Under the pieces are notes generated by a model. It was given only the letters and a program-made list of their open reading frames with translations. It was not told the origin of the DNA and searched no databases. Source: a virus. From it: a stretch of 64,000 bases of DNA. Made by a program: the position numbers and the translations under genes. The stretch lies in IMG/VR virus record IMGVR_UViG_3300021168_000013. One strand, written 5' to 3'. Shown one piece after another: positions 8,918 to 18,682 of the stretch (position 1 is its first letter; each line of letters starts with the position of its first letter).

Positions 8918-11329
8918 ATGAAGAAAAATATAATTAACATAATATTAAGCGTGTTTGTCACGATATTATTGTTCACAACAACTGCATTGGCTGGAACATC
9001 AACCGTTTCAGTCGATAATAGTGGAAACATAGTGCATCCCGGTGGTAAGATTTCTGGAATTTTTGGTGGAACCGCTAGTTTTAACAATTTATTACCTGCT
9101 TCCGTAGCTGCTAGAATGCTGACAAACGGAAGTTCAATAACACTTACTATATGGACTAATTCAGATGGTTCCACTAACTATGGAATTTCTCTAGTTCCTG
9201 CTCCATATATGGCTGGAGATAACGCAACGAACACTTCACAAACTGTGCCACCTAATACAAATTCTTTGGTTTCGGCGGCACAGGCTTATATCATTGCTAG
9301 TCAATTAATGGCAAATATTCCTGCATCGGGAATTTCCGCTGCTCAACCGGTTCTTGTATTAGAATCGCAGGGTGGTGATATTGGTCAGGCAATGAATGCC
9401 CAATTCGCCGCTGGTATGCAAAGAAAAGGTTATATTAGAATAATTGGCTATGAAAATATTGAGGGACCTAATGCTCCATATAGTACTCCAGCATTAGATT
9501 CGATATTGAATTATATGGGAGTGAGTTCGGAGATTGGGTCATCCACAAATCAGTCAGTCACATATTCGGTTTCATATACTAATAACAATCAATATATTTC
9601 TCGTTATCAGAATAATGCATCATATCCCAACATGACACTTTCCATGAGAAAGTTATTGTCACGACAACAGACTAATAGTGTTGTTTTATATATAGCTGGA
9701 CCTTCAGTAGCATTAAGTGATTTTCTAAATAGTCCAGCAGACCAATACGGAGGAACCGGAACCCAATTAATCAGTAATTTTTGTTCATATGCAGTTATTA
9801 TGGGTGGCGGATATCCAAGTAATCTATTTGAGTTTAACTTAACTACCTCACCATCCACAGATAATTCATATGGTGCTCCGTTATGGCCAACGAACATACC
9901 ACAGTATTGGGTTGATTATCAAGCTGGTACAAATATATACTTATTGACAACAAATTTCTCTCAATATCTTGAGGCACAGAGTCCTTTGGTTACATATGTG
10001 ACACAGTCTGGAAACTATGTACAAAACGGAAGATGGAGTTGGGATTCTATGGCATTTTTGGCAACTTATCCACAGTTCATGACAAACTTTTTTGGTATAC
10101 AAATTGGACACATTGATACTGGTCTTACTAATAATATTAGTTTATCAACAGGAACTAATTGGTGGTTACCAAGTGCTACTTGTACATTCCAGAATCATAT
10201 TTCATTCACTAATTTCCCAGCATTAACCAGCATCCTTAATCTTATGTGTTTGGTGTCTCCTGATTCAGCATCATCAGATCATGTGATGTTTTCAAGTGGT
10301 ATTACTAACCAAAATGAATGGCCTAAAACCTATACAATGTATCCTGAATTTAATGCTGCTTCAGGAACATGGATGACCAACCTTATTCATGAGCAATTTG
10401 AGACTGGTTGTACTCCTTGGCCAAATATTTATGGTATTTGGACAAATAACTTTGGCGGGTATCCATTGAATTTCAATAGTATGCTGGGAGAAGTAGACTG
10501 GCATCAAACTGGAACTAACGCTATAGTTGGGAATTCATCGGCGGAATTTTTTGGAACTGCTGGAACAGTATATGCTGGATTTGAGTTTACAAGTATCAAC
10601 GTGACCAATGTATATGTTCATATGAACTTGGTGATGAGTGCTCTTCCCGGATCCACGGATAGCGCATTTCAATTATGTGCACAACCATTCATTTTAGGTA
10701 ATTCTGGACAAGCTGCCAATGTTAACATTACTACTGGTGGTAATATACAATTATATAACGGATCAACCACGGCGTCATCGGTTGGGGCTATGGTGCCAAA
10801 TGTGGCATACGATATATGGATGTTTTATTCTACATCGGCTACTTGTTGGGCCGCATTTTCCACAAATGGAACAATCCCAACATCCGGCAACAATTATGTT
10901 AGTGAAGCAGCCAACCATAGTTTGGGAATATCAGGAATTAATTTAACATCACCATATCAAGCAAATTTCTTTGTTGATAATTTAATTGTGTCAACGAATC
11001 CTATTCCTATACAGTTCCCACCAAATCAATATCCTTATGTTAAATTAATTAATCCATTAACTATTAATGTGCCATGGACAAATATATATCCATTTAGATT
11101 GGATGTTACGGCAACTGTCCAAACCATCAATAGTGCCAGTTTGATTAATTCTGATATTTATATAACCAATTTTACATCAGGTCTTTATAGTTTGGATAAT
11201 CCAAATGAGGCGTTTGCAGCGACAAATCCTGTAACGTTAAATACGTTAACTGTATTTCCAAATGAAGTTATATGTGTCACCAACGTTGCTAATTGTTCAT
11301 TAATTGGTAGTTATATAGTTCAGCATTAA
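8918..11329 (+). CDS. Secreted protein with nucleoside-hydrolase-like (IU-NH fold) domain, probably catalytically degenerate
   Basis: Start moved to ATG 8918, giving the Sec-type signal MKKNIINIILSVFVTILLFTTTALA. The central region matches the nucleoside-hydrolase-like pattern (VVLYIAGPSVALSDFLNSPADQY...AVIMGGGYP...FEFNL...WP...RWSWDSMAFL), but the N-terminal DxDxxxDD motif is replaced by ESQGGDIGQ. Confidence 0.6.
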   Translation: MKKNIINIILSVFVTILLFTTTALAGTSTVSVDNSGNIVHPGGKISGIFGGTASFNNLLPASVAARMLTNGSSITLTIWTNSDGSTNYGISLVPAPYMAGDNATNTSQTVPPNTNSLVSAAQAYIIASQLMANIPASGISAAQPVLVLESQGGDIGQAMNAQFAAGMQRKGYIRIIGYENIEGPNAPYSTPALDSILNYMGVSSEIGSSTNQSVTYSVSYTNNNQYISRYQNNASYPNMTLSMRKLLSRQQTNSVVLYIAGPSVALSDFLNSPADQYGGTGTQLISNFCSYAVIMGGGYPSNLFEFNLTTSPSTDNSYGAPLWPTNIPQYWVDYQAGTNIYLLTTNFSQYLEAQSPLVTYVTQSGNYVQNGRWSWDSMAFLATYPQFMTNFFGIQIGHIDTGLTNNISLSTGTNWWLPSATCTFQNHISFTNFPALTSILNLMCLVSPDSASSDHVMFSSGITNQNEWPKTYTMYPEFNAASGTWMTNLIHEQFETGCTPWPNIYGIWTNNFGGYPLNFNSMLGEVDWHQTGTNAIVGNSSAEFFGTAGTVYAGFEFTSINVTNVYVHMNLVMSALPGSTDSAFQLCAQPFILGNSGQAANVNITTGGNIQLYNGSTTASSVGAMVPNVAYDIWMFYSTSATCWAAFSTNGTIPTSGNNYVSEAANHSLGISGINLTSPYQANFFVDNLIVSTNPIPIQFPPNQYPYVKLINPLTINVPWTNIYPFRLDVTATVQTINSASLINSDIYITNFTSGLYSLDNPNEAFAATNPVTLNTLTVFPNEVICVTNVANCSLIGSYIVQH

Positions 11330-11335
11330 TAGTAT

Positions 11336-14300
11336 ATGTTTAAAAAAGTTCTATTATTTCTATTAAGTGTATTTATATTCTGTGATATAAATGCATCAAT
11401 AATCCCATATAGTGCAGTAATCACTAATGCGGTCAATGAATTTACATTGGATATGGGTACTACTAATACAATTGATGGTATTTTTACAACAGGAACAAAT
11501 TACATTGTGACTCCAAGTTGGCCAAATACTACTGGTTTTGGTACTAATCCTATTGGAACAATTTCAGTGTATATTGGGAATACAAGCCCGGCCACAACAT
11601 TTGCGGGATTACAATGGGTTCCATATGACGCATGTTTTTCTAATGGAGTATTTAATGTGGGCGACAACTTAGAAACTCAAGCCTCTATACATTTCAGCCC
11701 ATTAATTGGTAGATATGTAACATTATTGTTGCAAACAAATCAAAATTGGTTTTCCACAAATAATAATTGGGTATTGGTTTCTCCTCCAGCAACATTAAAG
11801 TGGGATTGCTATACTAACCAGATTCATGGTTGCGTTGGAACAAATTATCCAAATTTAGATGCTGTGGTTGCAGCAACCACATCTGTAAACGGTGGATTGT
11901 TGCAAGATTCTTCTGATTTGAGTTATTATTTGAGTGAATTGGAAGGTAAGCCGGTGCCAATTATTCTATCATCACAAACCAATTCATATCCCGGTGTAAT
12001 TTATAGAGTGATCGATTTACAAAATCTTGCCCCAAACTATGCCGCACAACAGGCAAATATATTAAATGGAACATTACCAACAAACATCACGGTGAATGTT
12101 CAGGGCACTCGTGAGGTTGATTTTACTGGATGGCCATATATGGATGTGTGGTTTGGAGTAATCACGTTTTTGGAAAAACAAGGAGTACGATGGGTTTATG
12201 CTGATGAAGATGGTGATTATATACCTTATGGTAATGGAGTATCATTGTCATCTCTGCCATATAACTTTTCTCCAAGCGTTAGAAGTATATATGCTAATTT
12301 TAGTGTGCAACAATATTATCCTTGGAGTTTTGGAATTGTTGGCCCAACTAGACAGGGTTATTTATATTGGTGGAGAAACCATTGGACGAGTAGCGAAAAT
12401 GGATTTATTTTTTCTGGGAACGAAATACAAAAGGCATCGGCACCCGGTGGATTGAGTATTTATTACTCAACAAATAATAGTGAATTTTCAGGATATCCAC
12501 ATAATTATAATAATGTTGTTCCTAGCTCAATACTAGAATTAACTAACCAAGTGATTAATGGTGTTCTTGTGGATACTAATTGGTGGGGATATAGAGGAGG
12601 TCAATATGTAAATCCTACTACTGGAGTTTACGATGGAAGTCCATATCAATTGACTTGGTCACAAACTAGTTCGAACTTAATAAAATGGGTGGCTCAAAAA
12701 ATGATTGCGGTAGACACCTCAAATCCATTAGATTCAATATCACCTTTAACATATAAACAATGGAGCAGATACTATGGTATACTTCCTATTGATGCCACAC
12801 TGTGGTCAACTAATCAAACCGAAGTTTCTTTGGACTCTCCTTTACAACCTGCGGGAGACGGATGGGTAAATGCAGGTGGAGCCTATTCATATTCACCACA
12901 ATATTATTATTTAATTACTAACGTTGCATATCAAGTCACTCAGTTAGGTGGAAATCAAACTGTAATGGGACTGGCATATGCTAACGTTAACGCTGCGCCT
13001 CCTAATTTCAATAAATTTCCATCAAATATCCATATGCAAGTATGTGTTTATGGTCAACCCGTTTTATCGACTGCTTCTCCGCAGAATATATCTATATCTA
13101 ACAATTGGGTGGCTTGGAACAATTTGACAACCAATTTAGGTGTATATGATTATCAATTATTATTAACGGATTTTTCACAACAAAATCCGTTGTTACCAGT
13201 TCCAGAAGTAAGTGGTATGGTTGATAGGGCTAAATTCCTACAAAACGAGGGAGTGTTTGAGGCGGGTTGTCAGGCTACCCCAAATCAAATTATTGATAAT
13301 CCTTGGGATTATTACGCGTATCCACGAGTATGGTGGGATAAAACTCAAACCGCATCTAATTTATTAAGCGAATTCTTTACTGGATTCTATAATGAATCGG
13401 CGTCGCCGATGCTTAATTTTTATAATATTTTTGAGCAAAATGTCACAACGAATAATATTGGAATGCATGGACAGTCTAGTGGTTATGCTGAATCCATATT
13501 GCCCGGAACGTTTACTTTTCCAGTGCTTTATGCGATGCAAACAAATCTTAATTTGGCTTTTTCTGATTGTACCACATGGATTACATTACAGAGATTGAAT
13601 GTTATTTCCAATCAGTTTGCATGGGTGATTGGTCAAATGAACTTGACGGGAGTGAATTTAAATGACCCTACGATATATACGCCAGTCCCTACTAATTCAA
13701 TATTTACATTATTTGAAAATGATTTTACGAAACTACAGACAAGGGCTGGTAACCCATATCTTGATGCTTCTTCTGGGAACAATTATGCTACCACTAGTAA
13801 CGCTGGTATAGGTGCCACAAATCCGTGGACTTTACAATATCAAGAAAGTAGTATACAAAAAACTTTTAATTTTACAAATTCTGGATATTATAGGGTTATA
13901 GTAAATGGTGGTTACGGATATTTGGGTAATCCCGGATTATGTAGAGTGACAATAGGAAATAGTTCGGCTCCGATTATATTTACTAATGATGGTAGTCCAG
14001 CGGGATATATTCATGGATATACTAATTTTTTATCAGTCAAAGCTGGTGCGAATGTCATGCAAATTGATTCGTTTAATGAAACAAACAATGCAGCGTCGCC
14101 CGGTGTCATTTACACAGCATCAATCCAATATTTGTTGAACACTGCACCGACTGCAACATTTGCGGCATCCACACCAACCAGTGGAGCGTACCCATTAACA
14201 GTCAATTTTAATTACACAGGAACAAATGGAACTAGTTTTCTATGGAATTTTGGTGATGGTTATACTAGCACCAGTGAGAATGTATCCCATACATATGATT

Positions 14301-17236
14301 TAGCAGCAACAAATACTGTAACTTTGGTGGTTAACGGAATGATAACAAATTCGGAAGCAGGATTGGTTGTTACCACAAATGGTACATTTAATCCTACAAA
14401 CTATCTATATCAATTATCTCTTGGAACCAATGGTACGTCGGCTTACGCTCCTGCATCTGGAAATGCATCATCAACTACTTTGTGGTTAGGGACAAACTCA
14501 ACATTATGGACTGCACCAACTAGTTTAGCTTGCGTTGGATATGCTTCGGCTATATCATCGCAATGTTGTTTAGTTGCATCCAATTTGGTTTTCATCTCAT
14601 CGCATGTTAATTTCAGTGGAAAAACCCTTACTTTTCATGACACTAACGGAACGGGATGGTTTCCGGTAGTGACAAACCAAGTATTATTGGGGGACGATTT
14701 CGGTATAGGTCAATTGGATAGATCGGCTCCTGCAAGTATTCCATTACCATATTTATTCTCAACTAACTCAATCAATAAATTACAAGGTAAAACAATAGTG
14801 AATTATCCAGCATTTTGGGCACACAATTCTACCGCTCAAATTGAGTACATGTACATAGATGCGGCATATGATGGTCCGGGCGTAAATACTGGTAGTGGAG
14901 TTGAATATGGGTCTTGGATATCTCCTTATGCCAATGTTACTCAAGGACAGTGGGCAGCGTCATATGCCGTCAGCGGAGATTCATCCAGCCCAATATTTAC
15001 AATGTATGATACCAATTTGGTTTTGTTGGGTGCAATGTCTGGTACAGGAGGATCGTTGGGTGGAGGACTAACCACAGTTGGTCTTGGTGTTTTTTATAGT
15101 GGCTACACTAATTTCTCAATTCTTCAACACAGTGGGTTAACGAACGGATTACAAATATTGAATTTGGGTACAAATATCACCAGTGTAACTGTCACAGATT
15201 TTGGTGCAATAGGAGATGCTATTCAATTTTCAGCAAGCTGTGTATCAAATTCATCATTAATTGTTACTACAAGTTCTGTTCCCAATACTGCAATTGGTGA
15301 TAACATAGAAATATATAATGCAGGACCTATTACTCCATTAGGTATTAATAGTTTTGGTGTATATACAAATGGGTATTATGATTTAATTGCAACAATAACT
15401 AACATAGTACATGGAACCAATGTTTATATTTCGCAGGTGTGTTCTAATACAATAAATAATGCGTTCACAACTTATGGATATGATAATGAGACTGCAATAA
15501 ATTCCGCATTGTCTTATATTTATGCATCAGGTAGTCCAAATGTTAATCTTTTGTTTCCCGCTGGAAATTATTTAATTTTATCAACCAATACAGATTTGGT
15601 ATATGCTTATTGTGGTGTATTTTTGCGACAAGGTTGGATTAATATTATTGGTGCGGGAACTAATAACACTCGTTTAATTGGTCAGGGGGCAAGAGTAGTG
15701 AAACCAATAGGTTCTGGATCAGAAGGAAATGGATTCTTTCCACCATCTGGCCAGTTTGCTTCCACAAGAGGAATCATGTTTGATGAGATAAATATCGGTG
15801 TTTTCAGTGGAACAAATACACCATTAACTATTCAATCGATAAACATAGATGGGGGGATACCAAATGTAGCAACTAGGGATAATTATAATCGCAATGATGG
15901 ATTTTTTATGAATCCTATAGATGGTATGGGTTTAGATGAAACTCATTCAGCTATAGAAGCATCATATCTATACAATTCCAATGGTGTACCGTCTGCTGGA
16001 AGTACATACTATAGTTGCGATTTTAGTATATATTGTACTAATACGATATTTGATAATTGGGCAGGAGAAGTGCTTAAGAATCCAAATCACAATACCAATG
16101 CAAATGTTTGCACATATTACAACAATGTATTTTACGATGATAGGTTTGATGGAGTTAATATCGGACAAGTTATGGTAGTATCAAACAATGTATTTGACAC
16201 AGTTGGACAACCAATTGAGATGTATACAGCATCAATGACCTCTCCTACGTATTTTGAGGACAATCTTGTGACTAATTGTTTCGGTGAATGTGCTATAGGA
16301 TTTTCACGTGGTTATAATAATATTCCTTTTGTTTATTTTATAAATAATACTTGTTACTATTTTAACCCATCACAAGGTAACATGTTTTTAAATTTAAATC
16401 ATTTGGTTAATTGTGTTGTATCTAATAATTATTTTTGCGACACTGATCCAAATGGAGGGAATGGTGAATTTTCTATAGTAACAGGGTCTACTAGCGGAGA
16501 AATAGCATTTACATGTCAATCCAATATTTTGGTTTTAAATAACACATTTGTTGATACGCCATTTATGATAGGTTCATGGAATGGATTAACAACTTTCCCT
16601 GCGAACGACATATATCATTCGGATACAATCATTGCTGGTGGAAATAAAATGATAAACACTAATACATCCGGAACTGTTATTGGGCACTTATCTCTTAATT
16701 ATGGATGGACTACCAATTGTTCATTTAATAATAACGATTGCAGTCAATTCAATAGTATTGGTGGAAACAGTGTTTATGTATTTCCAACATTATACAATTT
16801 TGGATTAACATTTGATTCATCTTTACCAACAAATTTAGTACAATATGATCAAGTATATACTACTAATGGTTTGGTTATAACAACTAATAATGTATACACA
16901 ACGTATCCTTTGGTATCAACCAACAATACCTATTGGACAGAACTCAATACTGGAAATGCAGTTAATTATATAAGTTATGGATTTGGTTCGAAATTTTATC
17001 AGATTGGCACACAATCAACAATATTGATAAATAGTGATTCTAATTGTATACCATCGGGTGCACAAATCACGATGTTCAATGATAATTTGGTAAATTTTCC
17101 ATTATATTTAAACAATGCTAATGGAACAAAAGTTACGGTTACTAATCAAACCGCAGTTACATTGAATTGGTCCACCAATAATGTATGGGTGGTGGCTCCG
17201 ACAACCGTGATATATTTCCTACCATTTCAATTTTAA
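11336..17236 (+). CDS. Giant secreted multidomain protein: GH20/GH67-N-like + DUF4838-like, PKD, trypsin-like protease, pectin-lyase-like beta-helix
   Basis: Signal MFKKVLLFLLSVFIFCDINA. WFGVITFLEKQGVRW and GLAYANVNAAPP...YAYPRVWWD...EFFTGFYNESASPMLNFY resemble DUF4838. The PKD motif is APTATF...PLTVNF...FLWNFGDG...VSHTY. Trypsin-like residues are SSH / DD / GDSSSP. The beta-helix starts with VTDFGAIGD...DNETAINSAL...LLFPAGNYLI. Confidence 0.65.
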   Translation: MFKKVLLFLLSVFIFCDINASIIPYSAVITNAVNEFTLDMGTTNTIDGIFTTGTNYIVTPSWPNTTGFGTNPIGTISVYIGNTSPATTFAGLQWVPYDACFSNGVFNVGDNLETQASIHFSPLIGRYVTLLLQTNQNWFSTNNNWVLVSPPATLKWDCYTNQIHGCVGTNYPNLDAVVAATTSVNGGLLQDSSDLSYYLSELEGKPVPIILSSQTNSYPGVIYRVIDLQNLAPNYAAQQANILNGTLPTNITVNVQGTREVDFTGWPYMDVWFGVITFLEKQGVRWVYADEDGDYIPYGNGVSLSSLPYNFSPSVRSIYANFSVQQYYPWSFGIVGPTRQGYLYWWRNHWTSSENGFIFSGNEIQKASAPGGLSIYYSTNNSEFSGYPHNYNNVVPSSILELTNQVINGVLVDTNWWGYRGGQYVNPTTGVYDGSPYQLTWSQTSSNLIKWVAQKMIAVDTSNPLDSISPLTYKQWSRYYGILPIDATLWSTNQTEVSLDSPLQPAGDGWVNAGGAYSYSPQYYYLITNVAYQVTQLGGNQTVMGLAYANVNAAPPNFNKFPSNIHMQVCVYGQPVLSTASPQNISISNNWVAWNNLTTNLGVYDYQLLLTDFSQQNPLLPVPEVSGMVDRAKFLQNEGVFEAGCQATPNQIIDNPWDYYAYPRVWWDKTQTASNLLSEFFTGFYNESASPMLNFYNIFEQNVTTNNIGMHGQSSGYAESILPGTFTFPVLYAMQTNLNLAFSDCTTWITLQRLNVISNQFAWVIGQMNLTGVNLNDPTIYTPVPTNSIFTLFENDFTKLQTRAGNPYLDASSGNNYATTSNAGIGATNPWTLQYQESSIQKTFNFTNSGYYRVIVNGGYGYLGNPGLCRVTIGNSSAPIIFTNDGSPAGYIHGYTNFLSVKAGANVMQIDSFNETNNAASPGVIYTASIQYLLNTAPTATFAASTPTSGAYPLTVNFNYTGTNGTSFLWNFGDGYTSTSENVSHTYDLAATNTVTLVVNGMITNSEAGLVVTTNGTFNPTNYLYQLSLGTNGTSAYAPASGNASSTTLWLGTNSTLWTAPTSLACVGYASAISSQCCLVASNLVFISSHVNFSGKTLTFHDTNGTGWFPVVTNQVLLGDDFGIGQLDRSAPASIPLPYLFSTNSINKLQGKTIVNYPAFWAHNSTAQIEYMYIDAAYDGPGVNTGSGVEYGSWISPYANVTQGQWAASYAVSGDSSSPIFTMYDTNLVLLGAMSGTGGSLGGGLTTVGLGVFYSGYTNFSILQHSGLTNGLQILNLGTNITSVTVTDFGAIGDAIQFSASCVSNSSLIVTTSSVPNTAIGDNIEIYNAGPITPLGINSFGVYTNGYYDLIATITNIVHGTNVYISQVCSNTINNAFTTYGYDNETAINSALSYIYASGSPNVNLLFPAGNYLILSTNTDLVYAYCGVFLRQGWINIIGAGTNNTRLIGQGARVVKPIGSGSEGNGFFPPSGQFASTRGIMFDEINIGVFSGTNTPLTIQSINIDGGIPNVATRDNYNRNDGFFMNPIDGMGLDETHSAIEASYLYNSNGVPSAGSTYYSCDFSIYCTNTIFDNWAGEVLKNPNHNTNANVCTYYNNVFYDDRFDGVNIGQVMVVSNNVFDTVGQPIEMYTASMTSPTYFEDNLVTNCFGECAIGFSRGYNNIPFVYFINNTCYYFNPSQGNMFLNLNHLVNCVVSNNYFCDTDPNGGNGEFSIVTGSTSGEIAFTCQSNILVLNNTFVDTPFMIGSWNGLTTFPANDIYHSDTIIAGGNKMINTNTSGTVIGHLSLNYGWTTNCSFNNNDCSQFNSIGGNSVYVFPTLYNFGLTFDSSLPTNLVQYDQVYTTNGLVITTNNVYTTYPLVSTNNTYWTELNTGNAVNYISYGFGSKFYQIGTQSTILINSDSNCIPSGAQITMFNDNLVNFPLYLNNANGTKVTVTNQTAVTLNWSTNNVWVVAPTTVIYFLPFQF

Positions 17237-17238
17237 TA

Positions 17239-18204
17239 ATGAATAAAATTTTCAAATTTGAGAATCTAGTAGGCATCTCTGCATTATTTGTTGCTGGTTG
17301 TGCGGCATATTATAGTATAATTGGAATATCTACATTATTTAGTGGATCGTTTGTGGCAGCAATGATAATGAGTTTTTCTCTGGAATTGGGCAAACTCACA
17401 GCCACCAGTTATCTATTTAGATTTTGGCAAAAAACTCAATTATATCTTCGAGTGTATCTTATAATGGCGGTATTGATACTTAGTTTAATCACTTCTCTTG
17501 GTATATTTGGATATTTGAGTGGAGCATATCAGTCTTCTGCAATGGAAAACCAATTATCGGAAGAGAAGATATCTACTATAGAAAGTCAGAGAGAATATTC
17601 ACAAAGTAAGATTGTGGACGCAAGAAAACAAATAGAACAATACACTAAATTAAGGTCACAACAGGAAAATAGAATGGATCAGTCCGTGACGAATTTATTG
17701 ATTGCTAGAAATCCAATAGAGATGGAACAATTACAAGAACAGACCAAAGAAATGATAGACCAAAATCATACGGATATTGAGGCACAGAATCAAATCATTC
17801 AGAATAGCACCAAGGATTTAGAAAATTTAGATTCACAAATATCGGATATTCAATCCAAAATAGGCGGCAAAAAAGATATGATAATCTTTAAATTTGTGGC
17901 CGATGCAGTTCATATGAGTATGAATAGTGCTGTAAAATGGTTTATACTCCTATTGATAAGTGTATTTGATCCTTTGGCGTTATGTCTATTATTAGCATAT
18001 AACACCTCAATAACCAAAGAAAAAATCATACCACTTAATGATATTATAGAACCACCATTGGGACAATCTATTGTTAATACGATAGCGGAACCAGTAGTTA
18101 GTAAGATAGAGGAATCTATAACTGGTTCAGTGCAACCATCGGTTACTCCACCACCAAAGACACGACAATTACCAGCAAAATTGCGCGGAATGTTCTCTTT
18201 TTGA
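17239..18204 (+). CDS. Membrane protein (about 3 N-terminal TM helices, long coiled coil, C-terminal TM)
   Basis: Start moved to ATG 17239. Hydrophobic segments are ALFVAGCAAYYSIIG, FVAAMIMSFSLELGK, YLIMAVLILSLITSLGIFGYLS and WFILLLISVFDPLALCLLLA, with a Gln/Glu-rich heptad region between them. Confidence 0.75.
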   Translation: MNKIFKFENLVGISALFVAGCAAYYSIIGISTLFSGSFVAAMIMSFSLELGKLTATSYLFRFWQKTQLYLRVYLIMAVLILSLITSLGIFGYLSGAYQSSAMENQLSEEKISTIESQREYSQSKIVDARKQIEQYTKLRSQQENRMDQSVTNLLIARNPIEMEQLQEQTKEMIDQNHTDIEAQNQIIQNSTKDLENLDSQISDIQSKIGGKKDMIIFKFVADAVHMSMNSAVKWFILLLISVFDPLALCLLLAYNTSITKEKIIPLNDIIEPPLGQSIVNTIAEPVVSKIEESITGSVQPSVTPPPKTRQLPAKLRGMFSF

Positions 18205-18263
18205 AATATAATTAATTTTTAAAGCTTTAATTAGATATATTACTATATATTACATTGACTAAC

Positions 18264-18413
18264 ATGAAACAATCTGATATTATAGAGGTAATAAAACTTT
18301 TAAGAAGTGCTAATAAGCATGGCGATTGGGATGAAGTATCTGATGCCATTATATATTTAGAAGAATATTTGGAAGAACTCTTAGAAGATAACGAGGAAGA
18401 TGGAAATTTTTAA
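18264..18413 (+). CDS. Small acidic hypothetical protein, 49 aa (missed by the ORF track)
   Basis: ATG 18264 to TAA 18411-18413 gives MKQSDIIEVIKLLRSANKHGDWDEVSDAIIYLEEYLEELLEDNEEDGNF. The next gene starts 2 nt after the stop. Confidence 0.7.
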   Translation: MKQSDIIEVIKLLRSANKHGDWDEVSDAIIYLEEYLEELLEDNEEDGNF

Positions 18414-18415
18414 AT

Positions 18416-18682
18416 ATGTTGACTGCATTTATTATAGTATCGATACTGCTAACCATAGCGATATGTGTTATTGGGGCCGGGATAATTGTTATTGGAATAC
18501 AAACCGATAAAATAACCACTTATGAAAACTGGGTTATTGAGTTTCATAAGGATGTCAACAATACATACACCAAGTTAAAACAGCTAGATGAACGAAATAT
18601 TTTTTCAAGAGACGATGAGGTAGGTTTTGCTTTTTCTCAAATGGTTTCCATAATGGAGAAACTTAAGGATAAAATTAAATGA
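18416..18682 (+). CDS. Small membrane-anchored coiled-coil protein
   Basis: Long hydrophobic N-terminus (MLTAFIIVSILLTIAICVIGAGIIVIGI). ATGA overlap with the next gene. Confidence 0.75.
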   Translation: MLTAFIIVSILLTIAICVIGAGIIVIGIQTDKITTYENWVIEFHKDVNNTYTKLKQLDERNIFSRDDEVGFAFSQMVSIMEKLKDKIK

